DNA from: Raillietiella orientalis
Lineage: Eukaryota
Direction: 5' to 3'
DNA: 64,000 bases
NCBI GenBank assembly: GCA_036172245.1
Contig: JAYWIR010000025.1
Coordinates: 744,001 to 808,000, forward strand
The notes under the pieces were generated by a model, which saw nothing but the letters and a program-made list of their open reading frames with translations, was not told the DNA's origin and made no database searches. Shown piece by piece: positions 22,703 through 36,068 of this stretch (position 1 is its first letter; each line of letters opens with the position of its first letter). Position numbers and translations under genes: made by a program.

Positions 22703-25700
22703 ATTCACGCCAGGAAGTCTCATTATGAAAACATGCAGATGCGAAACGGCCAAACATGCAGCATCTGGAAGTCGCCCGTGGCTATCGGAGTTGGATCGAC
22801 CCGCGCCTGCTTCTGTCACATCAGCATTGCAAACGTAATGCAAACCATCTCGTCCACGGCGGATGTCGATCACCGGTTCGGCCTTGCATAGTTTACCACA
22901 GAGGTTCTTGGCTCCTTCTTCTATAAGCCACGCCTTTATCGCTTGGTGGAACTGCCGTGCTCTCGGCGGCCAAAGATTCCATCCTTGACGACGCTTCCAT
23001 CTGGAGTCGGGAAACTCTGCAGAGTACACATACTTGGAAAAGCATGACGCTGCTGTTAAACTGAGTGCTCGGGTCCATTCCAAGATATGCGCCGCAACCA
23101 GCCTTCCGGTTTCGGCCGTCGCAACTTGGGCGCGTCATGGAAACCAGAGGAAGTTCGCGAGAATGAGAGTCTCCGGGGATTGGGCATCGAAGATGCTCGC
23201 AGGAGATCAGTTCGCAGCCCATTCGGAACTGGAGAATCCCTATCTGCTGTCTCTTTGAAATGCAGGCGGATATACAAGAAGATCCTTTGTATTTCAAAGA
23301 TGAAAGAGAGCTTTCACTTTGTCACCAGATGGAGGACACTTAGCACTTGTCAGACGGTAAATGGCTGCTGATTGATGGCTGTCGTTTGGAGGTGCAGACT
23401 CCTCTGTTCACAAAGAGTGACCTCCATGCTCGTTACTGAACAATTTTGTCCTCATCGAAATGGGGAGGAACATGGAAAATTACCAAACTCTTTGACTCGG
23501 GATTCTCAGAGAATTTCGGAGAGGTGATCACTCCCAGAAAGAGTGTGTTCAAGATACAGATGGCAATTCGCCGAGGAACGGCTAAGGAAGACCCACGGAG
23601 CGGATGCAGGTGATCAAGAATGTGGCCAGTCTTTTGTCTTTCCTGCACTGAAGAACTGTCTGAGCAGAGCATTCTGGGCGAAAGAGGTCCACAGCGCAGC
23701 GCGGAGATGGGAAGATGCGTGTATTTCCATCGAGCAAAGAGATGCACCTGATGGTAGGAAATCCAGCATGATGTAGGAACTCGTTAGCATGAACACTCTT
23801 TCAGCAAGAGCTAGAAGACTGCTTCGGCCCTGCCAAAAGAGCCACAATCGCGCAAACACGGCTGCTGCTGATCGGCCATGAGGTGAAATTTCAGACCGAC
23901 GAGCAGGAACGGAACCCATCCTTCCAGCGTGGCTAAAAACTCTCGACAAGCACCGACAAGAGGAGGTATGGGGAAACCTTGCAACAGAGAAAGTGGCCAA
24001 GTAAAATCAAAAGATACGCAAGTATTCCATAATGATTGCAACTTTGGATCCTTCGTGAAGATCAGGGGATTAGAGCAGCGCAATAAACGCTGACTTTTAA
24101 GTTGGGACACGAAAAACAAACAAACAAACAAACAAAAGAAAAATTTTTCGGTAGAATTGAAAGATAGTCAGAAGGAAAAATTCCTCTGCCTCGGCTGTCG
24201 GAAGAGAGGAAGAATAGGTGCTGATGCCACGGTCATGTTGGAGAAAAATCCCTCCAATTTGTTTCTTTCCGTCTTTGCGGAAGATTTCCCGTGAGTGCAG
24301 CAGCGGCATCCAAGGGAGCTCACAGGACGGTGGCGCAGCTCTTCAGTGCGAATGCCAAGCTCCGGGATACGAGAAAGGTACTTTCAGCAGAAACTTTCTC
24401 GCAGACGAGGCAGCGAAAATGCAACTCGGCTGATTTCCAAAGAAATGGAAGCCAGCTCAGAGTCTTCTTGTTTGGGTGCATGAATTACCGACCCGAACAG
24501 CCTTGGTTCCTTCGCCAGCAGGGAGCTTTCCTGGTTCCTTGATTGCTGATTCTCAGCAGCAACACACATCAGGATGAGAATTCTCGGGGTTGGTCTACTA
24601 AGTTCTCTGGGGTACGTTCTCGGCGAAGTGACCAGTTATCGATTCCTCGATCCGGAGCATGGAATCAGATCCATGGAATCTACTCTGCGAGAGTGCTAAG
24701 GTCGTGCTTGTTTGAAGCGCTGCATGGTTATGGTAAGCATCTGAACCATGAATGAGCTTGTGCGGTCCACTGAACCATCAATGAGACAATTTCTCCGATG
24801 GGGATCCACAAGTTCATTTCTAGTGAGTCGTTTCATAGATACCACTCACACGGTAGTGGTTCCCTCGTGACCTTTGCTACAGTTCTAGTGGTTGCTTCAA
24901 GGTTTTTCTTTTACTGCTTTCCGTTTACTGTGAAAGGATGCACGGAGCTGAAGATTTCAGGAATTTCTCGACACGCAGGGGATTTCAGTGATTTTTTCAA
25001 TAAGCAGAGGATTTTCCTCTGCTTGTTGAGGAAGGACGCATGGAGCAGACGAAATACGAACTGAGCAGGGTTTGCATAGACGACTTTGCTCTCTCTCGTA
25101 TCAGTAGATATCCAGAGAAGTATTGAGGGGATCCATCCATCCATCTGTCGGTAGCCCCAGGCTTTTGCTCCATTGGATGTGAACGTACAGCTTCCGTTTG
25201 AAGCGGGTCATGTTCCCTCTGACGCCATGGCAACAAACTCCCATTCCTTCTTCGCGCAAATCTGAATTTCGAGTTTCTCTCAACTGAGCCGTGAACTTTT
25301 TGTTCACCAGGTGCATCCATTCGGGAGAATTTCGATGTATTTCTCCATTTCGACAGTGGTTGATCTTCGTCCCTCTGCAATTCTTTTCGAACCTCAGCAC
25401 CATCTGCTATCCCAAATGAAATTAGTGAATCTCATCTGTACGTATCCTTCCCGTTCGAAAAGGGCATTTTTGGAAATTCATCGGATTCCTTGCATTTCAT
25501 CGGTTTGCTCACAGATGGCATTGCAGCCTAAGAGCGTCGCAACAGCGACTTGTGTATTCATTTGGGCGCGTTTCAAGGCATGCTGCTAGTCCTTTTCTAT
25601 TGCTGTTCTAATTTGCATTTGGTAACACATCGTGTAAAAGGAGGGCAGGTGTCTTCCCTTTCTAGTGCAGGACTTCGTATTAAAGTACACGTATTCTAGG

Positions 25701-26479
25701 CAGAAAGGGATCTGTTCATTGAGATCTGGTTTCCATGAGCTTTTATCACGGCTTACAGGAGTGATGGCAAATCCGTCCTCTTGCATCTGGAGGCTTAAAC
25801 AGAAGACTTCATGAAAGATATTTTCTCGTTTTTCTTTCTTTCTTGCCTTCCGTGCTTTTTGACAGAAGGGGTTTGCGTGCACCATGCTGACCGACTTCCT
25901 GTTGTCGTTGTCGGATTTCCTTCTTGCGATGGCTGATTTTTTGCACTTTGGCTCACAAAATTCACCGTATTCAGGATAACTGGTCCATTTGCAGCTGATG
26001 GAGACTTCTTTGATATCCTTGGATAAAGCTATCTGTCGTCAAATCTGCTATCTGTTGCCCTTTGTTAATTCCCCGCGGCGCAAGAAGATCGATGACCTTG
26101 GACGCCTCGAGTTTAAAGAACGCCGTGTCGTAGATGTGGACTTCCCCGCGGTGCTGGTCGCAAAACCCCGCATGGAAATTTTCACCAGCATTGATCTCTC
26201 ACTGCCTCGATGGTGAGTCCATCCGTAACTCTGAAGACTTTTTCTTCGCTATGTCTTCTCGATGTACACGCCGAGACATCTCGGTTCTCTTCGGAAGCAG
26301 ATCTCTCGTGCTCGACTGCTTGTCTCTTGGAACCTGGATAGAGCTTCCTCTGCGGGACTTTTGCTCTTTCTCTCCCGCTGCTGTTGGAATCGTCTCATCG
26401 GAAATCACCGGAAGCTCCATGTGCCCTTCCTTTCCGCGCGTAGCTTTGCCTCTCGGGAGTCAATGTCCACTGTCGAAGG

Positions 26480-26586
26480 ACTCCGTGGCCTCGGTGAGCG
26501 GTCGGGATCCTTTCGAGATCCTTCCGGCACTTGGTCGCGTCCCTTTCGCCGGTGGTCGGCACGCCGCCGAAGGAGGGGACCTTCTG
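26480..26586 (-). pseudogene. Degenerate duplicate of exon 6 of the adjacent aspartic protease
   Basis: Aligns with 28331-28445. Translates KVPSFGGVPTTGERDATKCRKDLERIPTAHRG versus [32 protein letters not shown] in the gene. Confidence 0.8.
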
Positions 26587-26951
26587 TGGACTGGTGGTGC
26601 CACCGCGAATCCAAGCGCGTTTTTCAGTTCACCCCGGATTCCCCCCTTGTCAATCCATGGGAAGAAGACTCGTGGACACGCGAACCCACCTTCCCTGTCC
26701 CGCTAGCTCGCCAGTTTCTCCACCCCGCAGGCAGATGCAGAACGGATGCAAGGACTCAGAGGGGTGGGTGCCTTCCGAGTGTCCAGAGAGCGCTCCAGTG
26801 GACGGGAACTCTTCGAGGGGAGACAGGAAACGGCTTTGCAGAGGAGGAAGGAAATCCTTTCGAGTTCTCTTGTTTGCGCTGCTTTCCTTTTTTTCTTTTT
26901 TTTCGGGGTTCTCCAAGTGCTGAAGAACCTCTCGCTTCCTTAGGGAGGACC

Positions 26952-27540
26952 CACAAAGCTCTTTAACGCTGTCCACGCCACCCGAGGGTGCGCTCAGCTC
27001 TTCCAACGAGAAGGTAACCCCATACGGACCACTTTATGAATCCAGGAAGGACTCCGGAAGAAAGAGTCCGTTCCTCCTCGCACTGAATGTCTACGAATAG
27101 AACCCGGAAAGGATCCGCTCTTGGGATTTTTTCTCCGGAGGGGCCCGCAAGGAAACCGCTCCTGGTTTCCTCCCCTGAAGAGAGAACCCCAAAGGGACGC
27201 TTCCCGATTTCTCCGAATGATCGCTCCCCCGGAGGGAGAAGCACGGCTCTGACACTCTGGAGAGATCTTAACCAGCTCCATGGTACGAGATGGAGGGCTC
27301 CTCCCCAGGAGACGGCTCCACTTTCGCAACCGAGGGGAACCCCAAGGGCTCCTTGATGTCCTGGAAGGGCCCCAGAGGATCAATTTCCAATCCCGGCCAG
27401 TCAGCAGGGGTATCCGGCTACCACCATTCTGCGGGGGGATGGAAACCCACGAGGCCCCCCGTTCTCAGCGTCGACCCGTCTCTCTCCAGGCGGGATTCGA
27501 ACCCGCGGCGCCTGGTGCCAAACGCGCGAAGAAGCCGCAG
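26952..27540 (-). mobile_element. SINE family A, near full length copy
   Basis: Minus strand reads CACCAGGCGCCGCGGGTTCGAATCCCGCC (B box at 27492-27504)...CATCAAGGAG...CATCTCGTACCAT...CCTGGATTCAT...GCGTGGACAGCGTTAAAGAGCTT. Confidence 0.78.
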
Positions 27541-27727
27541 CTGCCCGGCCTCCAGCGCGGGTTCCCTTCCCTTTCCTTCAATCCCTCCTCCTTCCTTCGA
27601 CCCCAAGTGCAGCTGGGCGAGCGGAAGACCGAGGACTCTGGCGGAAGTGCGGCGGGGAGAAACCTCCACGCTGCGCCGTTAGACACAGCGCACTCTTTTA
27701 TTCCGGACAGCGAGCGCGCGTAGTCGG

Positions 27728-30354
27728 TCAGACGGACAGGGCTAGCTCGACGTCGCCCGTGACAACGTTGTACACGCTGTAATACCGGCGAAGGAACACG
27801 TCCCCCAGTATCCACATGGGTCCGATGGAGGTGGGGATGTCGAAAATGCTGAAGCCGCTGATGCAAACCAAGGTGCCTCCGATCATGTGCTGAAGCATCG
27901 CCTTTCAGGATTGCGCCCTCTCCGGACGCCCTTGCCGGAGGCGAGTTTACCTTCACCAAGTAATCCCTAGGGTACAGAGTGAAGTTGCGGTTGCCCATGG
28001 AGAACTTGAACACTCCGTGGCGCACAGAGGTGCAGGAGGGGAACTAGGGCGAAGAGACTCGTTGGAGCAGCTTTCCCGAGGTGCTCCCTGGGAGTTTACC
28101 ACGAAGATTCCGGAGTTGGGGATGCGCACGGCTCCCAGTCTCGAGTTGATCCTCGTGATTGTCCGGGTCGGTCCCGTGATCAGGGAGCTCCCCGTGTCCA
28201 GGATCCCGTTGCATCTGGGGGAGCAGAGGAGGAGGTCGGTTCTCCTGACGCTCAGGCAGCTGGTCGAGGGACCGGAAGGAGAAAAAGAAAAGTGGGGGGG
28301 GGTCGAATTTCCCTCATGGGTACCCTCCAAACTCCACGCGCCACCAGCCTCGGGAGATGGTTGGGATCCTGGTGAGCTCCTTCCGGTACTTGGACGCGTC
28401 CCTTCCGCCGATGGTCAGCACGCCGCCGACGGAGGAGGTCCTCCTAGCGTGCCGCAAGCACAGGTCAGCGGGGCGGGCTGCGGGGCGACTTGCCTTCCCA
28501 GGTAGAAGGAGAAAATGGGCTCTTTCAGGGCGTGGTGCTTCACGAGAAGGCTCATCAGCACCGACTGGCTGTTCACGGTGGTGGAGGTCGGAGGGATGTT
28601 TCCCATCCCCAGTATCGCGTAGGCGATCTCGTTCGGCTGCCCCGTCCCGTAGAGAAGTCCCTCTCCGAAGCTAGCGTTGCCGATGAGGTAGTTGGCCATC
28701 TAGACGTGGTTCCAGTCGGGAGAAGCCATGAGACTGCAGGGTGAGGGGTGACCTCCCCCCCCGTCCAAAGCAACAGGGGTGGCGGTGGAGGAGCATCGCA
28801 CCGAGGGCCGAGTGCGCGCATCTAGCAGGAGCGCGCCTTGCAGATCTGCCCGTTCGCCTTCTGGATGAGGAGGAGGACTCCAGGACCCTAGGCGCGCGGA
28901 TCGGCGACGGGAGCGCTCCTGGGATCCTCAGGATGTTTTGCTTCCTCTCCCTTCTCAAGGAGAAAAGTCATCTCGAGGAGAAGTCCCAGGAGCGCGCGTT
29001 CCTCTTCCCCAGTATCTCCGGAGAGCTTTCTTCCTCCTCCCCTTCTCCTTCCTCCTCCTCCTCCTCCCTGCACCCGGATCTGAGCCGGAAGTGATTCTCG
29101 GCGAGGCCTACCCTTCAAGCGCCTAGCCGAGAGTCACATCCTGAGTGATCTACGGAGCGCCTTGACGTGAGGGCGTTCTCACCTGGCCGCTGTCTCCTGG
29201 GAATAGGACGCTGAAGGAGGAAGAGGACCGAGCTATTCCTACTCGGAAGGGAGAGGAAGGGGAAGATCCCACCTCCCTGCCTTCCCGCCTCGCAGGCTCA
29301 TGGGAAGGGAGAAGCGAAAGATTAGGGACGGTCTCCCCCCTTTCTACCCCCAGGGCGACCTCCCTCCCTCCAACTTTACCTTGATGTTGTCCGTGACGAT
29401 CAGGCCGCTGACATTCCCGCTACCGTATGTGACCGAGAACGTCCGGTTGGTGGGGAAGTAGGTCGCCGAGGAGCTGTGATTGTACTTGTTGAAAGCAACT
29501 GAAAAGAATAGGGAGGGGGAGGAGGGCGTGCGCCCAGCCCTTACTGCAATCTTTGCACAGGACCGACGGGACGTTCAGGGTGAAGGAACCCGTGTCGAAG
29601 ATGACCAGCATGGGCTGCTGGGGCGTCCCGATGGAGATGTTCCCAAAGTACGCTAACTGGAGGAGAGGATCGTCAGCAGGGGGGCGGCGCAGAAGGGGAG
29701 GACAAGGAGAGCGTGGGTGATTGGGGAAGAGGGTGTGCGACTACGTACGTCAAATTTATTAATCAGAGTCACGCTCTCCAGCCTGTCTGCTAGGAAGCCA
29801 TCCCTGCTGCCAACGAGCCCTGCCAGTTCCTCCAGCCGCGGGCTTTCGGTAGTCCTGAGACCCCGCTGGCGTCTCACTAGGGGAATGCTAAAGAAATAAG
29901 TCACACAAGGAAGGACGGCATTCAGGGAGCGCATCAGTCCCGCGTCCGGCTCCCTTTTCGAGAGGAAAGGGGCCCGTCTTCCCCCTACTCCTCCCTTTCC
30001 CCCCCCTCCAGGTCCCTTGGGGAGGCAGTCAGCGACTCCATCTCCTCAGAGAGGAGGAAACGAGACAGCATGGCCTTCTTGAAAACGCAGGAGGGGGGGT
30101 GAGGATTGCCTCCGAGGGGGAGCGCGCCGCGGCGAAAAGAGCAAAAAGGTCTCCAGTCTCTTCCTCAAGAGGTGCGCAAGGAACGCGAAGAGAAAAAAAA
30201 AAAAAACGTTAAGAAAGTACAGGAAGAATCTTTACTTGATAGTAGCTCCCCCGCCTGGGGTGATGGTGGCAGTGGCAGTGGTGGTTGCTGAGTTCAGTCT
30301 GCAAGTCCCTAAGAAGATGACGGACAGCGTCCACAGTCTTTTGCAAGAGTCCAT
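27728..30354 (-). CDS. Secreted pepsin-family (A1) aspartic protease, about 409 aa, 9 exons: 30354-30236, 29887-29749, 29656-29545, 29498-29380, 28699-28494, 28443-28324, 28259-28100, 28043-27951, 27889-27728
   Basis: Signal peptide [16 protein letters not shown], then [12 protein letters not shown], the two catalytic motifs FDTGS and [11 protein letters not shown], flap [12 protein letters not shown] and [15 protein letters not shown]. Exon phases join to 1230 nt with no stop. Intron 5 is GC-AG. Confidence 0.92.
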
Positions 30355-32028
30355 GCCACCTGGGAAAGACACCTTCCATTCAGAAAAGAGGATGAGGAAG
30401 TGGCACTCCTCCACCGGCAGGCCTCTGGAGCATCGCGGGTCTCTTGGACAGATCCCTCGATCCGCTGGGGCGCAACGAAATGAGCCGAGCGGTGCTTTGG
30501 GGCGGAAAGTTTCCTCCCTCCAGGGTCCGAGCGATGGGAGAACCCTTTGTGGAAAATAGGGGAAAGCGGAGGGGAGGAAGGTGAACGGATGCGAGGCGCG
30601 CGCGTCCCACCTATGAGGGAGCCACCGCTTGTAGCTGAGAGCCTACCCGTAGCCACCCACACCCGTAGGCAGCACGCATCCATAGCAACGCACAAGTTGG
30701 AGCTGAACACACGGATCTGCACCTCTGCATCCACTGCCCGTCGGTCCTTTTGGACGCGCCTAATCGAATGCGACAGCGGCATGAACATCGGACCTCAGAG
30801 AGAGCAGGCGGGAGGTGTCCACCTACCTCCTCCTCTTTGCTCCCCCTTCCACTGAATGCGTGACTTCGCAACGGCACCGCGCACGCGTCTGGTCCTTGCA
30901 GCGGCTGGTTCTGTCCACAGACTCCGAGACGCTCAAAGGGTGGGAAGGCGTGGGATCAGACAAGTCCGGTTCCCCCTTCCTCTTTGTCTCCGGGAGACGG
31001 ACAGCGCACGCGTCCGGTTCGTTTTCCCTCCTGGGATGGAGCGTCGTTCAGGCCTCACGGCAGCGCGAGGACGAGGGCGAGGGCGCGAATCTAATGTGAA
31101 AGAGGGACGGAAGGAAGTGCACAGCTGCGAGCTGCGCTAGCTCCAGACAGGCATTGGAGTGCTCAGAGGAAGATCTCGGAACCCGTGTCGGTCGCCTCCC
31201 TACCTGGCCCCCGGGAGCGCGACATCCGAGACGGAGTCTTGCCCTCCCGCGTGTCCCTTCGCGTTCCGCGCGTCCGGCAGCGGCACTTCCTGGAGACGGT
31301 CCTCCACCCTCACCCCACCTCACCGCCCCGCTTTCGGAAGCACAACTCCCTTTACTCTTCTTTCCGCGGCTCTCCTCCAGCTTCGGGAAGGGCTTTCTCG
31401 ATCCCCGCATCTCCGTCTCTTCGCCTCCTCTCGAACCCGTGGAGGCTGGGAGGGAGAGAAGGGTTCGTCGAGGACGGGGGAACGCTGAGGGAAGAGGCCC
31501 CGGCTTACCTGGACCACTAGCAGCTCTCGACCGGGGAGGAATCCGTCACGCCAGACAGTGAGGAGCCCTGGAGAAGGGGTGTCCGGGAAGGGATGAAAAA
31601 ACTGAAATGGGGGAAGAAAGAGGGGGGAGGGGCAGGGAGGCGGCACTGATGGCTTCTCCCCGGAGGTACCGAAGTCCTGGACTTGGGAGGTGCGTTCCTC
31701 CTGCGCGCGCCCGGGTGTGAAGTCTTCCAGGAGGAACGCTGCGCTGACTGCTGCTCTCTGGTTGCGCCGGCCGCGGGTCCCGTACACGCTTTAAGCGGGA
31801 GCATTTTACGAGCCGCTCCCGGACCGCCTCCCCCCTCTTCCTCCTCCGGATCATCGTTTCTTCCCGCCCATCCCCCTCCCCTCTCTTTCTTGTGAGCGGT
31901 TGTCTGCGCGGAGCCGTTTGCAGGTACTTGTGCGATCCGCGTGGCTCTCGTCCGCTCCTCCCACCCACCCCTCATTTCTGAGCCTAATTTGGGAAATAGG
32001 GGCGAAGGCGAGGGAAGGAAGAAGGAAT

Positions 32029-33470
32029 GCATCCCATTTTCCCTTCTCCTCCTTTTCCTCGGATACTCTCTGTTCCTGGAAGTCTCCTCCTTCACGGAGG
32101 CGGGAGCGGGACGCCGCTGCGAGCCGCCGAGGAGAACGGATCTGGAACGTCTGTTCTCCTTGGGGAGCTCTGCCGGAACTTCCTGCTTGCTAAGATCACA
32201 CGTAGTATGGGAAGAAGGCATTTTGTCCTGCTGATCTGTTTGCCGGGGGGTAGCACGGCAATGCCCACGATATGTGGCCATCCCGTCAGCTGGCAGAAGT
32301 CTCGTCAGTTTTCGCTCTCCGACCGTTCGCTTCGGCGGGCGACGGGAGTTAAGGGTCACCACGGGACTTCTAGGTTCTGAGATACCACCTCAAGATCCCG
32401 CAGGCAGGTGGCTCGGATGCATCGAAGCTATCCTGGATCATCCCTGACTCTCTCAGGAAGAAGCCGTGAGGCGGCCTGCAGGCGTGGGGGCCGAGCTTCC
32501 GGGCGGATTGAACCTTTCCTCGGACCTTTCTCTCCTCGGGAGGTCTTCTGCAGCCTGTCTGCCACGATCACGACCGCGGGCTCACTCTTCGCGAGGGAAC
32601 GGGGTCCACCTCTCTGGCGGATCCGCGCTCCTTCCCGGACGCCGGGTCAGCAGCTCCCATCTGCGCCAGGAGAAAGGCCAGGTTTGAGGGAGGGGCAGTG
32701 CAGGTCTCCTCACGGAGATCTGCGCGGGATTGCGGCGTCCGGTGGTTGCCGGCCGCCACCGGTGCTTCTCTCGCTCGGCTCGTGGCGGGAACGCCACCGC
32801 GGCTCTTCCCGTGTGCTGCTCGGTTCCGCGTTGCCAAGGGAGAGAGGGAGAAAGGGAGGAGAGAGAGGGAGAGATACGACCGTGCGTCCTCGGCCTGCTC
32901 CTCGCGATCGCTGCGCCCAAGCTGGAGTCCGACCGCGACCCAGTCCATCCCGGGAGGATGCTCGCACGCATTGCGTCACAAAGAGCTTCTTCTTACGTCA
33001 AAGGTGGCTAACGCTAGGAACATTTCCTCCCTTAGGCTTCGCTGCGGCCCGCTCCAGGTGTTCCTCGCCTCCTTCGCTCTCCCCAGGGAACAGCTCGTGC
33101 TCGTCTCATTTCCCCCTGACCACCTGCTCCTCGGCTGCTGCTCCTCGATAATCAGCATCTTATTTTACTTTCCATATTTTGCTTTTTACAGCCTCCCGCA
33201 AACGAGGTGCGGAGCGGCGGCAGGTGTCATTGGAGCTGCGGGGATAGGTGCTTCTCCACGGGCCTTTTACGGTCTCTTCAGGGCGGGCCCCTTTCGAGAT
33301 GAGTCTCTTCCGGCGGAGATCTTTCGACAACGATCGTTAAGCACTCGGGAAGCTCATCTGCTCGCATCTCCTCTCTCTCTCCCTCTCTTCTCCTTCCTCC
33401 TCCTTGGATGCTCTCCCGTTCCTGGAAGCCTCCTCCTCCGTGGAGGCGGGAGCGGGCCGCCGCTCGGCCG
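32029..33470 (+). repeat. Two diverged copies of a ~100-bp element at ~32029-32126 and ~33364-33470
   Basis: GGATACTCTCTGTTCCTGGAAGTCTCCTCCTTCACGGAGGCGGGAGCGGGACGCCGCT versus GGATGCTCTCCCGTTCCTGGAAGCCTCCTCCTCCGTGGAGGCGGGAGCGGGCCGCCGCT. Confidence 0.75.
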
Positions 33471-34249
33471 GGCACCCCGGAAGGAGGACCCCGAGGCTAA
33501 GTGGCGGCGCGCGCATCTCTACTCGAGGAGAGACCCCAGCGCCCCGAGAAGAGGAAGTCTAGGAAGAGCCAGGTCCGGGGAACCGAGCTCGCGGCACCAG
33601 CGGCAGAGACTCCTCGGCTGGGAAGCTGCAGGGGGAGGCGACGCTTCCGACACCCAGGGCGTTCCGGAGGATCTCAGGTCATTTCCGACCCGTCTGCACA
33701 ATCCTCCCTCGGAACGGAGCTTTTCATCCCCGTGAGCCTGGAGCGGATGGGGAGGAGAGGGGAGGTAGGACAGGGTAGACCCCTTGTCTCCCCCTCCAAA
33801 GAAAATAAAAATAAAGAAAACTCAGGAGTTCCTTGCATTCTTTCCGCCCGCTCCCACCTTAGCGCGAGGCTTCGTAGGAGCCCGGGGGCATGCAGAGAGG
33901 AGGAAGGAGGCGCTCGAACTCTCCACCGATTCCCTGAACCTCAGCTGAACCCGGGCAAAGAGCATTGTTGGGAAAATCCGCCCCTGTCCTTACCTCGGTC
34001 GCTGCTTCGACTGCGACAGACACCTCTCTTCCTCCCCAAGTGAGGTTTGAGGTTCCACTCCCCCTTGTTCGGGGTTGGCGCACATAGACCTTCTCGAAGT
34101 GTCGACACTCCACTCTTCCATCCATAATGGAAACCCCTGGGGAGATTTCCCCGTTTCTGTGCCCCTTCCTTCCAATTTTTTTTTTCTTTGGAATTTTTCT
34201 TTCTTTCTTTCTTTTTTTTGGGGGGTGGGGGTTTGCTAAGTATTCTAGG

Positions 34250-34760
34250 GCCATTCGCCTCCCGGAGTACCCCATGGTTCCAGTAAGGTGCCGGAGGAAG
34301 GAGTCCATTCCTCTCACGCCTGGGGAGGGATCCCCGAAAGGAACCTCCACCCTGGTTGTCTCCAAAGGGAACCACAGAGGGGGCCGTTCCTCGTTTCTTC
34401 TCCGAAGGGAACCTGGAAAGAATCTCTTCCTGGAATTTCTTCTCCTCAAGGGAACCGCTTCTTGTTATTCCTCCTCTAAAGAGAACCCAGAAGAGTCGCT
34501 TCCCGATTTCTCCGAAGGGTCCGCTTCCCTAAGAGAGCAGAGCACTTATTCGGCCTCTGGAGAGGCATCCATCCACTAGCTCGATGGTACGAGATGGAGG
34601 GTCCTTCCCCACGGAAGAAGACAGTTCCATTTGACCAACGAGAGAGGGAACTCCGAAGGGAACTGCGACTCCTTGGTTCCTGAAGGAACCCCGGAGGGTC
34701 AACTTTCAGACCCGGCCACTCAGCAGGGGCATCCGGCTTTCACCAGCGCCACCTTAAAGG
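34250..34760 (-). mobile_element. SINE family A, body without head
   Basis: Plus-strand ATGGTACGAGATGGAGGG and CCCGGCCACTCAGCAGGGGCATCCGGCT match 27280-27420; GCTTCCCGATTTCTCCGAA matches ~27200. Confidence 0.72.
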
Positions 34761-35459
34761 GGCAAGAGTCAGCGTTGATGCTGCTGCACTCAAGTCTCCC
34801 ATGCAACGCCCGCCGGCATCACTGAACACGGGGGGAAGGGGGGGATCCCAACTGTGCAAGGTGCAGGGAGCGGAAGTCCCTCCCGCACCTCCTAGTGGAC
34901 TGTGTTGCCCTCTGATCCGTTTGAGGACGCTTTGCCGCGACCCTTGGAATCCCCGACGGCAACTCCAGAGACGTTTTGAAGAGTCTCCTCTTCCTGCTCG
35001 ACACCCTCACTTCGGCCGCATCTCCAGCAGCACTTTGCTGCCCACGAGGCAGGATCGTGGCTGCATGGAGCAACGCCAGAGGGGTCCAGGATGACGGGGA
35101 CGCCATCCATTTTGTTACCCTCTTCATGAGGAGATCGTCAAGATGGCCCCATCTGGGAGTCTGGAAACAGGAACTTGCTGGCATCTTTACAAGGGTGCAG
35201 AGGAAGCCCTCCAGCACGCAGTGATCCCTTACCGAACCCTCCTCCCCCTATTTTTTTGACTGTGTGTTTTTTGTTTTATGTCTTTCTTTTTGTTTGTCTC
35301 TCCGTCCCCTGTGCTGCCGAGACGATCCTCGCTGGCCTGCATGCCAGATCCCGGGAGATTCCCTGTCGTAGTTATAATTAACGTAGCAGGATCAAACCTC
35401 CTGCCACAGACGTTTCTTTTTTATAAATAAACGTCCCGGCGTGACCGTGTGTCAACCAG

Positions 35460-35620
35460 TGCCACCGCACCCGAAGCCTACAGGCCAACCAGCGCCCTCC
35501 TGAGGAGGGGACTCGGAACCCACGATGCGCCCATCATTTGTGGCATCGATCTTCCCCCCTCCCGCCCCCCGGATGGGATTCGAACCGGCAACTTCTGCGA
35601 GGAGACCGCAGGTACACAGC
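35460..35620 (-). mobile_element. SINE family A, head fragment
   Basis: Minus strand reads GTTGCCGGTTCGAATCCC...GTGGGTTCCGAGTCCCCTCCTCAGGAGGGCGCTGGTTGGCCTGTAGGCTTCGG, matching 17660-17770. Confidence 0.68.
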
Positions 35621-36068
35621 CGCCAACGCGGGAATCAGGAACGAGGTGGTCCATCATCCCCAACCCATCAGAACCGGATCTCCGATGAATCTCCATCACA
35701 GGCGCTGCCACCTCCACGCTCCTCCTTTCCCCTCCTGGGTCTGCGCACGGCGACTCTGAGAGGGCGTCTTCCACCTCCTCGTGGACGATGCTCCGCCAAC
35801 ATTCCACCAACAGTTTGCGTTCTTCCCGTTTTTTTTCCCCTGTTGCGGCGCTCCTCCGGCATCTTACGACGGCTGCCAAGCGAGCACCTTCACCTCCCTT
35901 CCGGTGGTTTTCAAGCGCGTGCCTCGGCTACGTGATTTTCTGGGGTCGTATCTCCTCCGCAGCCTACGATTGGCCTTCCCAGATAGGAGCCGAGCGCTGC
36001 AGCTTCCCATTTCTCCGAGATCCAATCCGCTCTACCGACAGGGACTCACCAGCGGATGGGCTGTCCTC

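Noticed and set aside
25970..26200. Minus-strand frame EVHIYDTAFFKL resembling a Ulp1/C48 protease motif
   Set aside because: Only a few residues match and no catalytic His/Asp/Cys motifs follow.
29090..29240. Exon-like segments with AG/GT borders in protease intron 4
   Set aside because: Exons 4 and 5 join in frame and give a continuous pepsin fold without them.
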